DNA of 64,000 nt from an uncultured Chloroflexia bacterium (GCA_963751345.1 CAVVUS010000023.1:32001-96000), one strand, 5' to 3'. Positions 10,491 to 21,572 are shown, counted from the first letter of the stretch. The notes: generated by a model from the letters alone, not told the origin. Numbers and translations are program-made.

Positions 10491-11267
10491 CTACAGCTCT
10501 GCTGCATACCGGACGCCCTGCTCGAAAAGTGCCAGCCCCAGGCCCCGTGTCTCGCCGCGCGTCCGGCGTGGGTGCTGCTCGGGGAGCACGTGGTCCTCAG
10601 GATGAGGCATCAGGCCGAAGACCGTGCCGGAGGCATCGCATATCCCCGCGATGTCCGCGGTCGACCCGTTAGGATTGTCAGGATATGCGATGGTGCCGCC
10701 GTCGGCGGTCGTATAGGTCAGTGCGATCTGGTCGCCTGCTCGCAGTGTCGAGAGTGCCGCGTCATCCCTCGGCACGAATCGTCCCTCGCCGTGGGCGACG
10801 GGACAGGTGATGGGATCTCTCAGTCCCCGCGTGAAGACGCAGGGGCTGTCGGGGTTCGGCTCAAGCCAGACCCAACGACACTCGAAGCGATTTGACACAT
10901 TCCGCGTCAGCGTCGCTGCTGGATCACCGGTATGTGGACCCGGGAGCCACCCGCTCTTAACCAGCGCCTGGAAGCCGTTGCAGATCCCAACGACGGGTCT
11001 GCCGGTCTCCACAAAGCTCGCCAACTCATCCTCAAAGAGCCAGCGCAAGTCCGTGGCCAGCAGACGTCCGGCGCCGAGAGCGTCTCCGTAGGAGAAGCCT
11101 CCGGGCAGCACGAGCATATGATAGTCGTGTAGCCGCCGTGGGTTCTCACGCAATTCATTGACGTGGAGCACGGTGGGACGTCCCCCCGCTCGATCGATGG
11201 CGAAGGCGGCGTCACCGTCTCGGTTGGTGCCTGTCGCCTGCAGAATTAGCACGTGGGGTTGGCTCAA
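10491..11267 (-). CDS. purQ: FGAM synthase glutaminase subunit
   Basis: PGGFSYGD, GICNGFQ, AHGEGR, NPNGS, GLMPHPE. Confidence 0.96.
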   Translation of the reverse strand: MSQPHVLILQATGTNRDGDAAFAIDRAGGRPTVLHVNELRENPRRLHDYHMLVLPGGFSYGDALGAGRLLATDLRWLFEDELASFVETGRPVVGICNGFQALVKSGWLPGPHTGDPAATLTRNVSNRFECRWVWLEPNPDSPCVFTRGLRDPITCPVAHGEGRFVPRDDAALSTLRAGDQIALTYTTADGGTIAYPDNPNGSTADIAGICDASGTVFGLMPHPEDHVLPEQHPRRTRGETRGLGLALFEQGVRYAAEL

Positions 11268-11297
11268 CGCTCGTTGTCTCCCATCTCTATAGCTCCT

Positions 11298-14265
11298 CTA
11301 GCCGATCTCGGCGGAATGCCAGGCTGTGACCAGCGCGTCGAGACCGACCTCAATCGCGTAGCCCGATCTGCTGCCGGCGATACGCAGCGTCCTGTTGCTG
11401 GTCACACGACCGATCTCGGCGAAGGGACGACCAACCATCATCGCCTCGAAGCTCGCTGAATCCTCGGGGGCCACCTCAACCAGGAACCGAGCGCTGCTTT
11501 CCGAAAAGAGCGCGGTTGCGTCGTCCTGCACCGCCTCCGCCTTGATCACCGGCTCGAGTTCCAGCTCCAGCCCGAGCCGCCCCGCGATGCACATTTCGGC
11601 GGCGGCGACAGCCAGGCCGCCTTCGGACGAGTCATGAACCGCGCTGACCTGTCCCGCGGCAATGGCCCGGTGAAGAGCCCGAAAGGTCACCGGCGCGTCG
11701 GAAACGGGCGCGGGAGGGTCGCCGCTCAGGCCATCGTGGAGCCTGTGGTAGAGTGAGCCGCCCAACTCGGATCGCGTTTCTCCAATGAGGTACAGGAGGT
11801 TCCCCGCTGCTTTTAGATCCATCGTGACGGTATGGTGGATGTCGGGCACGATCCCGATAGAGGAGATGAGCAACGTGGGAGGGATCGTACGCTTGCTGCC
11901 GAAAGCGTCGACGAACTCGTTGTTCAAGCTATCCTTCCCGGAGATGAAGGGCGTCTCGTAGGTGAGGGCTGCATCGTGGCAGCCCTGCGTGGCCCGCACC
12001 AGCCCCCCGAGCCGATCGGGAAGGGCGGGGCTGCCCCAGCAGAAGTTGTCCAGCAGCGCCACACGGTCGGGATCTGCGCCCACGCAGACGACGTTGCGCA
12101 GGGCTTCGTCCACAACGGCCCAGGCCATCGCATAGGGATCCACTTGACCGTAATGCGGGTTGATACCGCACCCCAGGGCCAGGCCAGCGTTTCCCTCCGT
12201 TACGAGTGGTTTCAGCACGGCGGCGTCTGACGGGCCGTCGTTGACGACGCCCACCAGGGGCTTGATCACCGTCGCGCCCTGCACTTCGTGATCGTATCGA
12301 TGGATGACGTCCTCTTTGCTGGCGACGTCCGGATGGGCCAGTGCCCGCAATAGCACGGCCGTCAGATCTTCGCCACCGCTGATCACCGGCTGGCGCAAGC
12401 GTGGCGGCGACCACGTGGCGCGAAGCGGCGATCGAGGCCAGCCGTCGTGCACGAAGTCCATCGCCAGGTCAGCGACAACTGTGCTGCCGTAGCGGACTTT
12501 GAGATGTGCGTCTCCTGTAAAGCGCCCGATGACCGTCCACTCCACATCGTAGATCGCGCAGATCTCGCCAAGACGGGCGAGGTGCTGCTCCGGCACGGCG
12601 AGTACCATGCGCTCCTGTGCCTCAGAGAGCCATATCTCCCATGGCCGTAGGCCGGGGTATTTCAGCGGAACATCCTGGAGATCGACATCCACGCCGACCT
12701 CCTTGCCGATCTCGCCCACGGCGGACGAGAACCCTCCCGCCCCGCAATCCGTGATGGCCGTATACAGCTCCTCATCCCTGGCGCGGATGACCGCGTCGAG
12801 CACGGCCTTCTCGGTGATGGGATCGCCGATCTGTACCACACTGCCAACGGTGCTGCCCGTCTCATGCGTGAGTTCGGCTGAAGAGAACGTGGCGCCGTGG
12901 AGCCCATCGCGGCCCGTGCGACCGCCCAAAGCGACGATGCAGTCCCCGGGGCGGGGCTCGGTCTTGTGGGTGCCCTTTGGAGCAATGCCGACGCAACCAC
13001 AGTAGACCAATGGGTTGGAGACGTAGTCCTCATCATAGAGGATCGCGCCGCTAACGGTGGGGATGCCCATCTTGTTACCGTAATCCTCGATCCCGGCAAC
13101 GACGCCCTGGGCAATGCGCCGCGGGTGCAGGGCGCCCTCGGGAACGGCCGCATCTGCCATCGTCTGCGGGGCAAAGCAGAGGACGTCGGTGTTGGCGATC
13201 GGCCGGGCCGAGACGCCAATGATATCCCGAATGACGCCGCCGACACCGGTGTTGGCGCCGCCGAAGGGTTCCAGGGCCGAGGGATGGTTGTGGGTCTCGG
13301 CCTTGAACGAGACCTCAAAGACCTCGTCGAAGTCAATAATGCCGGCGTTGTCCACGAAGGCCGACCGCACCCACGGTTTGGCCAATTGTTCGGTCGCGGC
13401 TCGCAGGTAGGTCCCGATCAGGCTTGGAATGGACTCCGCCCCTGTGGACGCAGAAAGGAGCTCTGTCTCCCTCCCCTCATTGGAGACGGACGACGGGAAC
13501 GGCGAATGGCGCGGCATACCCCCCTCGCAGACGTACTCAATCTCCGTCTTAAAGGTCTTGTGGAGGCAGTGTTCGGACCACGTCTGCGCCAGGATCTCCA
13601 GCTCTACGTCCGTCGGATCGCGCCCAAGAGCGCGGAATTCCTCCCGGATAGCCCGCATCTCGGGGAGTGAGAGGAAGAGGACGCGTGAGACACTCAGCCG
13701 GGCCAGTGCCTCGTCGTCGAGGTCGCGGATGCCGATCACGTCCACGCCTGGTGCTTGGCGCAGCCTCAGGCACGAACGCGGGCACCATCTCGCCGAGTGC
13801 ATACGACTGGATGACGCTATTGCACAGCAGTTCCTGCGCGATCCTGTGGAGCTGAGTCGCGGTCGGCGTGCCGTCGAATCGATAGCGCGTTCCGGTCGTC
13901 ACGGCCTGCAGCCCCTGTATGCCGACGGCTGCCACGCGCTGGCGCAGGTGGGTCGCGACTGGGTCGGTGACGCCGGGGTGAAAACCGACCTCGACCGTGG
14001 CGTGGCCCGCGCCGCCCTCTGCGGGCCGTGGGAGCGCCGTGATCGACTCGGACCGATAGCCCTCGACGATGGGATCCGCCAGGAGTAGCTCGGCGATGCG
14101 ATCGATGTCCGGCAACTGCAGTTCACCGCGGAGGAAATAGAGGTTGCTCACGGTGACGCTTCGGATACTCTCAATTCCAAGGTGCGAGACCTGGTCCAGC
14201 AACTCCGTTGCCCGACCGTCAACACCACCACGCCAAAACACCTCAACGCGAAAGGACCTCAGCAC
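11298..14265 (-). CDS. purL: FGAM synthase PurL with N-terminal PurS-like region (frameshift ~13750)
   Basis: [57 protein letters not shown]; upstream frame has PurS-like [21 protein letters not shown]. Confidence 0.93.
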
Positions 14266-14308
14266 AAAGCCTCCGAACCGGAAGATACGGGGGGAAATGC
14301 GAGCACAA

Positions 14309-14324
14309 CCCCTATATATAGTGG
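14309..14324. promoter_or_regulatory. NrdR-box-like palindrome in the pur operon leader
   Basis: Minus strand CCACTATATATAGGGG vs consensus acaCwAtATaTwGtgt; lies between promoter and purL start. Confidence 0.55.
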
Positions 14325-14360
14325 GCGTTTCCTTGGCAGAAACCTGCTGCTAACTGACGC

Positions 14361-14388
14361 ATCATACCTTGGGACGGCGTGCCGTCAA
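14361..14388 (-). promoter_or_regulatory. Putative pur operon promoter
   Basis: TTGACG N16 TATGAT. Confidence 0.55.
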
Positions 14389-15359
14389 GCTTTTCCGGCA
14401 CATCGGACCAGGTGGCTGGCGACGGTTGCCCGCGTCGCCTCCTGGAGTTCAGCATCGCGGGCACAAAACCACTCGATATCCGGATCAGTGGGGCGAAACC
14501 ACGTGTATTGGCGCCGGATGAAATCGTGCGTTGCTAGCTTGATGCTCTCGATCACCTCATCAAGTGACGCATGACCCTCGAAGTAGGGTCTGAACTGCAG
14601 ATATCCGAGCCCTGACATAGCCGGCACGTCCCAGCCGTATCCGGCTTTCAGCAAGGCCCTGACCTCGTCCTCCAATCCTGCGGAGATCATCACATCCACG
14701 CGCGCGTCCGCCAGCGCGTACAGCGCCTGCCGGTCCATCGTCAGTCCCAGCCGCAGGATGCAGTAGGGTGGGGGAGTCCTGCGGCGCAGCTCCGAGAATG
14801 GTTTCCCCGACTTCAGCGTGACCTCCAGGGCGCGGATCACCCGGCGCACGTTGCGGGAATCGATGAAGTCTGTAACGGCGGGATCGAGTGCTACCAGACG
14901 CTGCCAGAGCGCCACAGGATCCCTATCCGCATCCTGCTCCAACTGCGCCCGCAGGTCCGGATCGGGGGCGACATCCGGGACTTGCCATCCCTGGAGCAGC
15001 GCCCGAACATACTGCCCGGTGCCGCCAACCAGGAATGGCACCTTTCCCTGGGCGGCGATGTCATCGATTGCCTGCCTCGCCATCCTCAGGAATTGGGCGA
15101 GGCCCACCGTCTCGTCGGGGGCTGCGATATCGATGAGGTGATGCGGCGCGCGCATCAACTCATCCCGGGAGGGCTTGGCGGTGCCGATGTCCATCCTGCG
15201 GTAGAATTGCCGGGAATCGGCGGAGATGACCTCGCCGCCAAATGCACGGGCGAGGTAGATGCCCAGGGCCGTCTTGCCGACCGCGGTGGGTCCGACGACT
15301 GCAATGAGCGGCAAGTGCGATGGACGCCGTTCGGACGTCGAGTCTGTCACGACCGTCAT
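14385..15359 (-). CDS. miaA: tRNA dimethylallyltransferase (true start may be GTG at 15350)
   Basis: GPTAVGKT, ISADSRQFY, DIGTAKP, VGGTGQY, RRQYTWF. Confidence 0.96.
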   Translation of the reverse strand: MTVVTDSTSERRPSHLPLIAVVGPTAVGKTALGIYLARAFGGEVISADSRQFYRRMDIGTAKPSRDELMRAPHHLIDIAAPDETVGLAQFLRMARQAIDDIAAQGKVPFLVGGTGQYVRALLQGWQVPDVAPDPDLRAQLEQDADRDPVALWQRLVALDPAVTDFIDSRNVRRVIRALEVTLKSGKPFSELRRRTPPPYCILRLGLTMDRQALYALADARVDVMISAGLEDEVRALLKAGYGWDVPAMSGLGYLQFRPYFEGHASLDEVIESIKLATHDFIRRQYTWFRPTDPDIEWFCARDAELQEATRATVASHLVRCAGKA

Positions 15360-15502
15360 TGTACCGGAGTGAGCTGTCGCGACAAGGTCCCAGCACCAGA
15401 CGTACGTTTCAGGTTCACACCTTGCGCCCTGTCTGCATTGGGCTATGATCGAAGCTGAGTGGGATCAGGAGGCACAGTCCACTTCCCAGGGAGGCTACCG
15501 GG

Positions 15503-16150
15503 ATGTCTTTCGCGATGTTCTCGCAGTTGGATGACCGTTGGAAGCGAATTATGCTCGGAGAGAGCAGCACGACGATCGGCGCAAATGGGTGTCTGCTTTG
15601 CGCAGTGGCCTCCGGGCTGGCAGACACCGGCGTCTTGATTGATGGGCTTCCGTTGGATCCGCCACGGCTCAACCGTTGGCTGGCACGGAATCGAGGCTAT
15701 GTGGCACCTCGAAGTGCGACGAAGGAACGGAACCTCTTTGTCTTTGGTTCGCTGGGCCCGCTGGGCGTGGAGTTGGTCGACTACATCGATGCTCGCAGCA
15801 AGCCGGCACCCCTGGACCGGCTAGAAGAAGCCCTCGCGATTGAGGACCAGTGTGTGGCCCTGCACGTCGACTTCACGCCGGGGGGCTCCAACCAGCAGCA
15901 CTGGGTCCGCGCGGTGGCGTGGAGCGGCCAGGACATCCAGTTGATGGATCCTTGGATCACCGGGCCGAGCCAGGAGGCCTACTTGATGACGCGCTACGCC
16001 CTCCCCTCGTGGGACGGCCCGGAACGCGCCATCTTCCGGATTGCCATCTATAAGTACCTCGGCGCTGATGCGGCTACCCCCGCGGCGACCCTCACGGGAC
16101 GTACGGTCGTGCAGGAGCAGCTATACCCCTATCAGCCGTATGATGTCTGA
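15503..16150 (+). CDS. C39-like (papain-fold) cysteine peptidase family protein
   Basis: SQLDDRW, TIGANGCLLCAVA (Cys), QHWV (His), MDPW (Asp). Confidence 0.65.
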   Translation: MSFAMFSQLDDRWKRIMLGESSTTIGANGCLLCAVASGLADTGVLIDGLPLDPPRLNRWLARNRGYVAPRSATKERNLFVFGSLGPLGVELVDYIDARSKPAPLDRLEEALAIEDQCVALHVDFTPGGSNQQHWVRAVAWSGQDIQLMDPWITGPSQEAYLMTRYALPSWDGPERAIFRIAIYKYLGADAATPAATLTGRTVVQEQLYPYQPYDV

Positions 16151-16178
16151 GGGTATTTCGGGGACGTAGGGCTGTCGC

Positions 16179-16574
16179 CTAGCTTGGGTCGAGCAACTCG
16201 ACAGGCTCGTCCTGTAGGCTCGGATAGAACGTAATGCGCTGAAGTCGTCCGCTGCCGTCCATCGCCACGGCGACGAAACTCACGTGCCACGTCAGCGGCA
16301 CGGTTGATGTATGCGAGCCGATGTAGGTGCGGGCCACCAGCTCCATCCGTGCGACCTTCTTCGCCGTGAGGCTAAGCTCCGGCGTGGGATGGCCGCTCGT
16401 CCGGCGGGTGCGAACCTCGACGAAATAGACGTGGTCGCCTCTTTGGTGTACGAGGTCGACCTCGCCGCGGCGGCATCGCCAGTTTCTATCCACGAGGGTA
16501 TAACCGTGGTGCTCCAGCGCCTCGGCAGCAAGGTTCTCCCCGCGCTGTCCCAGCCCCGTCCTCGTTTTTGCCAT
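16179..16574 (-). CDS. yraN: YraN family (UPF0102) putative endonuclease
   Basis: LGQRGENLA, DRNWRCRRGEVDLV, FVEVRTR. Confidence 0.9.
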   Translation of the reverse strand: MAKTRTGLGQRGENLAAEALEHHGYTLVDRNWRCRRGEVDLVHQRGDHVYFVEVRTRRTSGHPTPELSLTAKKVARMELVARTYIGSHTSTVPLTWHVSFVAVAMDGSGRLQRITFYPSLQDEPVELLDPS

Positions 16575-16583
16575 CCCGGTTGC

Positions 16584-16649
16584 ATCATAGTCGGCTTTAT
16601 AGTCACTGTCAACTTGCGCTGTTGAGTTCCTTTGTGTGTGTGGTATGAT
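16584..16649. promoter_or_regulatory. Divergent promoters for yraN (-) and LCP gene (+)
   Basis: Minus TTGACA N17 TATGAT (16612-16584); plus TGG-TATGAT extended -10 at 16644-16649. Confidence 0.6.
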
Positions 16650-16694
16650 GGCGCTTTGGAGCGCAACTAAGTTAGCAGAGGTCTAGGCTTGGGT

Positions 16695-18265
16695 ATGATG
16701 CAACGGTGGATCAACGTCAGCAAGTGGCTGGTTATTGTCGGTTTTGCTCTTCTTCTCGTGGTCGGGGTTGTCGCGTGGATGGTCGATCCCGTGGCGATGA
16801 CGGTGATCGTAACCCCGACACCCACCGTCAATGCGGTGCTTCCGCCTACTGCAACAGGCGCCGTACCGGCCGACCCGCCGACGCCTGAACCGACGGCGAC
16901 CGACGTACCTCCGACTTGGACCCCTACACGGACGTCGACGCCAACCATTGTGCCAACGGCAACGCCATCACCAACGCCAACCTCTACAGCAACCCCGACG
17001 CCGGCACCAATCGCGCTCCCGAGTGGCGGGACACTTCCGGCGATTGCTAACACCCCTGTGGTGACGTCGCCGCTGCCGCAGCCCGAGCCGATGCCGTTTG
17101 TGGAGCAGCCCCCCGGCACGGTCAATATCCTGCTTCTGGGGATGGATCGTACCGCCGGTCAGGGCGTCGCACGGACGGATGTGATGCTCGTTGCCTCAAT
17201 CTTCCCGGACGTGCCCGCCGTCAGCCTCATGTCGATTCCCCGGGATTACTATGCCTGGATCCCGGCATGGGGGCTGGATAAGATCAACACGGCCTATGAG
17301 CGGGCCAAGGGAGTGGGCTATCCCGGGGGTGGCCCGGCCCTGGTCAAGGCCACCGTGGAGTACAACTTCGGCATCCCGATCCACTACTACGCGCTGGTCG
17401 ACTTCACCAGCTATCGTTCGTTGGTGGATGTCGTGGGTGGGGTCGACATCATTGTCGAGTGCCCCTTCCACGATACCTACCCCGACCCCGAGTCCGCAAG
17501 CGGGCAGACTGACATCGACTTGGATCCCGGTCTGCGCCATCTGGACGGCAAGTTCGCACTGTGGTACGTCCGATCGCGCTGGAATACGTCGGATTTCGAC
17601 CGCCATCGCCGGCAACAGCAGGTCCTGTTGGCTGTCCTGCACGAGGCCCGGAGTGCCGGCATGCTCGTGAAGGTTCCGGAGCTCTGGGCGACCTACCAGC
17701 AGAACGTGGAGACCGATCTCGGGCTTAAGGAACTGCTCTGGCTGGCCTCGGTTGCCGGGCGCCTGGACGAGCGCGACATTCACAACTACTTCATCCGCGG
17801 CACGGACTTGCTGACGTCGTGGACGGCCCCGAACGGGGGAGCGGTCCTCGTGCCGAAGCTGGACGCGATCCAGGGTTTCGTCCAGGACACGATGCGCCCA
17901 TTGGCCACGAGCCGCGCGTCACAACGCAGCTACCGTGTTTCGGTGTCCAACGGCAGTTGGTCGTCCTCGCTGGGGGAGGTCGCCGCCTACCGGCTGGGCC
18001 TGGAGGGGTTCGAGGTGACCGAGGTGAATGACGTGGACCCGCAAGCCCGCACCACGGTGATCGACTACACGACCACGTCGAAGGGCTCGCCGCTCTGGAA
18101 ACTGATCAGCCTCTACAAGCTGCAGAATGCTGACATCGTGTCGCAGCCGACGGAGGGAAGCCCCGTCGACTTCGAGGTCATCCTCGGGTCCAATTACAAT
18201 CCCTGCGCAGGCACCACCACTGCCTACTGGCGACCGACCCCGACGCCTGCACGGCCGAGCCGTAA
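16695..18265 (+). CDS. LCP (LytR-CpsA-Psr) family protein with PT-rich linker and LytR_C-like domain
   Basis: N-terminal TM, PT repeats, NILLLGMD, RTDVMLV, SIPRD, KINTAY, YVRSR..DFDRHRRQQQV; probable true stop 18263-18265 after an indel (ORF track reads on to 18434). Confidence 0.88.
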
Positions 18266-18287
18266 CATCATAAGCGTACGCGTTGTC

Positions 18288-18312
18288 GTAGAGACGCCCC
18301 GGTGGGGCGTCT
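18288..18312. repeat. GTAG-type REP-like palindrome
   Basis: GTAG-AGACGCCCC-ggt-GGGGCGTCT between convergent genes. Confidence 0.6.
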
Positions 18313-18447
18313 TCTGCGGCGGGAGCTATGCTATGGATGAGGGAACCCCTGCGTCCGGCGATGCGCGCCCCCTGGAAAACGGGCCACCGGCCCGGTTCTA
18401 CTCAGAAGAAGCGGAGGCTGGCGCCACGGCATGATGCGGCGCCGTTC

Positions 18448-19527
18448 TTACCCTCCACAGCGGGCATAGTTCGCCAGATGCTCCTCCTCCGTCGTGGCGA
18501 AGACGTGGCTGTTGTCGGTCTTGGTACAGTCGACCATAAAGAAGTAGTAGCCCGTCTCTGTGGGTTCTGCCGCCGCCTGGATGGCGTCGAAGCCAGGATT
18601 AGCGATGGGGGTCGGCGGCAGTCCCAGGTTGCGATATGTGTTGTAAGGGGAACTGACCTCCAGGTCATCAAACGTGATGAAGTGCTTCCACCAACTGTCT
18701 TCATCGGGTTGATAGCCCAGCGCGTACTGGACCGTTGGGTCGGCAGAGAGATACCAGCCGTCCCTGAGTCGATTGTGGTAGACCCCTGAAATGAGAGGAC
18801 GTTCTGAGGCGACGACCGCCTCGCGCTCCACGATCGAGGCCAGGGTGATACCCTCATAGAGCGACATGCCCTGAACCGTAAAGCTGTCTCGCAGGCTGGG
18901 CGTCACCTGCTGCCCGAAGTTCTCCAGCATTTTGTTGATGAGGTCGTAGGCCGTGGCGCCCTGGGCGACGCGGTAGGTGTCTGGGAAAAGGAAGCCCTCA
19001 AGGGTAGACGTGATGGGTATCTGCGACAGGAAATCGTAGGTTTGCACCAGGTCGGTGCCCCGCCAACCCGTCTGCGCCATCGCCAGGAAATCGGTTGACG
19101 TGATATTCGTCTGATCGGCAACGAGTTCGGCGACCTCTTCCAGCCGCTTACCCTCGGGTACCAGGACCTGCTGGTCCGGTGCCTCAGCCTTCTGGAGGGC
19201 ACGCGCAATCTCGGGGATCGTCATCGTTTGGCGGAGCGTGTAGGTGCCGGCCTGGATGCCTGCGTCGAGCTGCTTGTACTGGACGTAGCGTCGAAAGAGC
19301 TCCGTGTCGGAGATCAAATGGTTGGCCTTCAGGTTGCCTGCGACCTCGGCGACGCTCTGGCCCGGCTGAACGGTGAAGGTCACCGGCGACTCATCGGTGC
19401 CGAAGGGCGCCTCCAGGGCGGCTTGCTTTCCGTCGATGTAGGTCTGCAGATAGATCTGCTCGAGCCCGCAGCCCATCAGGAAGAGCGCTGCGAGCAGCAA
19501 CAAGGGTAGTCTGACCCAACGGTTCAT
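18448..19527 (-). CDS. mltG: Endolytic transglycosylase MltG
   Basis: VPEGKR, LEGFLFPDTY, LASIVEREA, ADPTVQYA, SPYNTYRNLGLPPTPIANPG; lipobox-like LMGC. Confidence 0.94.
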   Translation of the reverse strand: MNRWVRLPLLLLAALFLMGCGLEQIYLQTYIDGKQAALEAPFGTDESPVTFTVQPGQSVAEVAGNLKANHLISDTELFRRYVQYKQLDAGIQAGTYTLRQTMTIPEIARALQKAEAPDQQVLVPEGKRLEEVAELVADQTNITSTDFLAMAQTGWRGTDLVQTYDFLSQIPITSTLEGFLFPDTYRVAQGATAYDLINKMLENFGQQVTPSLRDSFTVQGMSLYEGITLASIVEREAVVASERPLISGVYHNRLRDGWYLSADPTVQYALGYQPDEDSWWKHFITFDDLEVSSPYNTYRNLGLPPTPIANPGFDAIQAAAEPTETGYYFFMVDCTKTDNSHVFATTEEEHLANYARCGG

Positions 19528-19564
19528 CGTACTCGCGTTCCTTTCAGCGTCCAAGCATCAGGCC

Positions 19565-19969
19565 TCAGGCCTGTGCGTCCAGGTAGCTCTGAAGTATGAC
19601 CGCAGCGGCCACGGCGTCGATCCATTCTTTGTCGGGTGTCTTGCCTTGGCTTCGCATGATGGCCTTGGCATCATTTGTGGAGAGCCGCTCGTCCCAGAGG
19701 TGGGTGGGGAGGCCAATTGCCCCGGATAGCTCCTCAACATAGTCCCGCACCCAATGGGCCTGTGACCCTTCGCTGCCGTCCATATTGAGAGGCAAGCCGA
19801 TGATCAAGGCGTCGACTTTGTGATCCCGAACGAGGGCGCGGACATGTTCAGCATCCTCCACGCGTGAGCGCCTGAGGTAAACCTCCAGCGGTCGCGCGAC
19901 GATGCCCAAGGTGTCGCTGACGGCGACGCCGATTCTCCTGTCACCAAGGTCGAGAGCAAGGTAGCGCAC
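19565..19969 (-). CDS. ruvX: YqgF/RuvX RNase H-fold nuclease
   Basis: YLALDLGDRRIGVAVSD, IGLPLNMDG, WDERLS, DAVAAAVILQSYLD. Confidence 0.95.
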   Translation of the reverse strand: MRYLALDLGDRRIGVAVSDTLGIVARPLEVYLRRSRVEDAEHVRALVRDHKVDALIIGLPLNMDGSEGSQAHWVRDYVEELSGAIGLPTHLWDERLSTNDAKAIMRSQGKTPDKEWIDAVAAAVILQSYLDAQA

Positions 19970-19979
19970 CGGCTGATCC

Positions 19980-21509
19980 CTACGGCGTCAGCTGGCCCGG
20001 CTCAATGACGATCTTGGTTCGCATCGAGACAAAGGGCATATAGGGGAACCAAGAGGGGGACACGTCGATCTCAGGTGGTGCAGAGAGTGGCAGGGCATCC
20101 TGAAGGTCCTCCCGAGCCTGCTCGATCCCGGTGCCCTGGACCATGGCTTGCACAGCCTCGGTGTCGATCTGGGTCGTGCCATAGCCGTAGGCCGTAACGT
20201 AGAACGTGAACATCCCTGGCCCCACATCCTCCTCAGCCGCCTCGCCAATGCTGTAACGCGCCTCGGACAGGGTGTAGCCCTCGGGAAGCTGGGTGACCAA
20301 GTGCTGATAGGCCACGGCTTGGGCATCTCTCGTTGTCACGGCCTGTCCCGTAACCAGCAGCCTTAGCGATAGCCCCAGTACATCCGTAGTCTCCCCCACC
20401 AGGTTAGAGTAGGCCTCCTTGGGGGTGGCCTGGATCACCAGAGACTGGCGCGGCAGAAACTGCCCCGGCACCTCGGAAGCCATCTCCTGCAGACCGTTGT
20501 AGGCCTCGGCCATCACCTGCTGGACAGCCAAACCCCAGGCGCGGTCGCGGTCGGCCTGCGAGACCGTACGAACGGTCTGGCTTTCAGCACCAGCGATGGG
20601 CTCGGGATTGGTGGTTCGGATTGCGAATCCGACGACGCCTTCGACGAGGTTGATCTGGTAGGCATCCACATTGCCGCGTGGCCCTTCCACCAGTGCCTCA
20701 ACATTGGCTTGAGCTTGCCCAAAGGCGGGCACCGTCACACCCTCCGTCGTCTCGTAGCGTACGGGGTATGATCCTGCTGACGTGCGGACCACCGTGCCGG
20801 TGGGTACCTGATAGTCCTGCCCCAGCAGGTTGGTGAAGAGCACCCAGCCCGTGGCGCGACCCGAAAACGCGTAGCCACGTCCACTCGTCACCACTTCAGC
20901 GTAGCCCTCGAACTCATCTCCCACGCGCGTGGACGGTATCACGCCCCGCTGAAGATCGACCTCGGTGGCATTTGGGTCCACGGATATTGGGACGATGCGG
21001 GAGTACGATATGCTCTTGGGAACCAAGGTGATGGTAGCCGAAGGCACGACCAGCAGCAGTGCTGCTCCCACGGCGCCGATGACAGCGATGAGCAGGATAC
21101 TCTCCAATGCCAGCAACCACGCGGCAGGTCGCTTTCGCGGGAGTGCCTTGGCACGCCGGGGGGTAGGCGCCCACCAGGGCGTCTTTGGTCGCTCCGGCAT
21201 CACGCCATCTTTCACAGGAGGGAAACTTCCCTCGCGCGCCAGAAAGTCCTGGGCGGATGACTCCGATCGAAAGACCGTGAAGCCAGCGTTGCGGGCAAGG
21301 GGACGCCGGACGGGATCCTCAACCACCCACGCGATATCCCAGGAGCGGTGTTGGGCGACGCGTGACTGTATCTCGAAGTCTATCGGCAGTGCCCATCCGC
21401 GATCGACATCCCACGGGAGCGTGACCAAGACGCGTTCATCTTCTACGCGACGAAGTGCCTCACGGAGGGTGTAGCGATCATCCGTCGCCTTGATGGTAAT
21501 CGTCTTCAC
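19980..21509 (-). CDS. Membrane-anchored protein with baseplate J/gp47-like domain
   Basis: Cytoplasmic N-domain, one TM, then ATGWVLFTN..VPTGTVV..VEALVEGPRGNV..TNPEPIAGAE resembling baseplate J-like domains. Confidence 0.6.
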   Translation of the reverse strand: MKTITIKATDDRYTLREALRRVEDERVLVTLPWDVDRGWALPIDFEIQSRVAQHRSWDIAWVVEDPVRRPLARNAGFTVFRSESSAQDFLAREGSFPPVKDGVMPERPKTPWWAPTPRRAKALPRKRPAAWLLALESILLIAVIGAVGAALLLVVPSATITLVPKSISYSRIVPISVDPNATEVDLQRGVIPSTRVGDEFEGYAEVVTSGRGYAFSGRATGWVLFTNLLGQDYQVPTGTVVRTSAGSYPVRYETTEGVTVPAFGQAQANVEALVEGPRGNVDAYQINLVEGVVGFAIRTTNPEPIAGAESQTVRTVSQADRDRAWGLAVQQVMAEAYNGLQEMASEVPGQFLPRQSLVIQATPKEAYSNLVGETTDVLGLSLRLLVTGQAVTTRDAQAVAYQHLVTQLPEGYTLSEARYSIGEAAEEDVGPGMFTFYVTAYGYGTTQIDTEAVQAMVQGTGIEQAREDLQDALPLSAPPEIDVSPSWFPYMPFVSMRTKIVIEPGQLTP

Positions 21510-21572
21510 GCCGGGCAGTATGCCACAAGTCGCGGATTTTGCCAAGGCTAGGGGCAGTTGCTCGCTGCAGAG

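Noticed and set aside
18266-18434. C-terminal extension of the LCP ORF
   Set aside because: Runs through a REP-like palindrome; a natural-looking TAEP-stop exists in the adjacent frame
19980-21509. Prophage or contractile injection system
   Set aside because: No other structural, integrase or lysis genes; flanked by housekeeping genes
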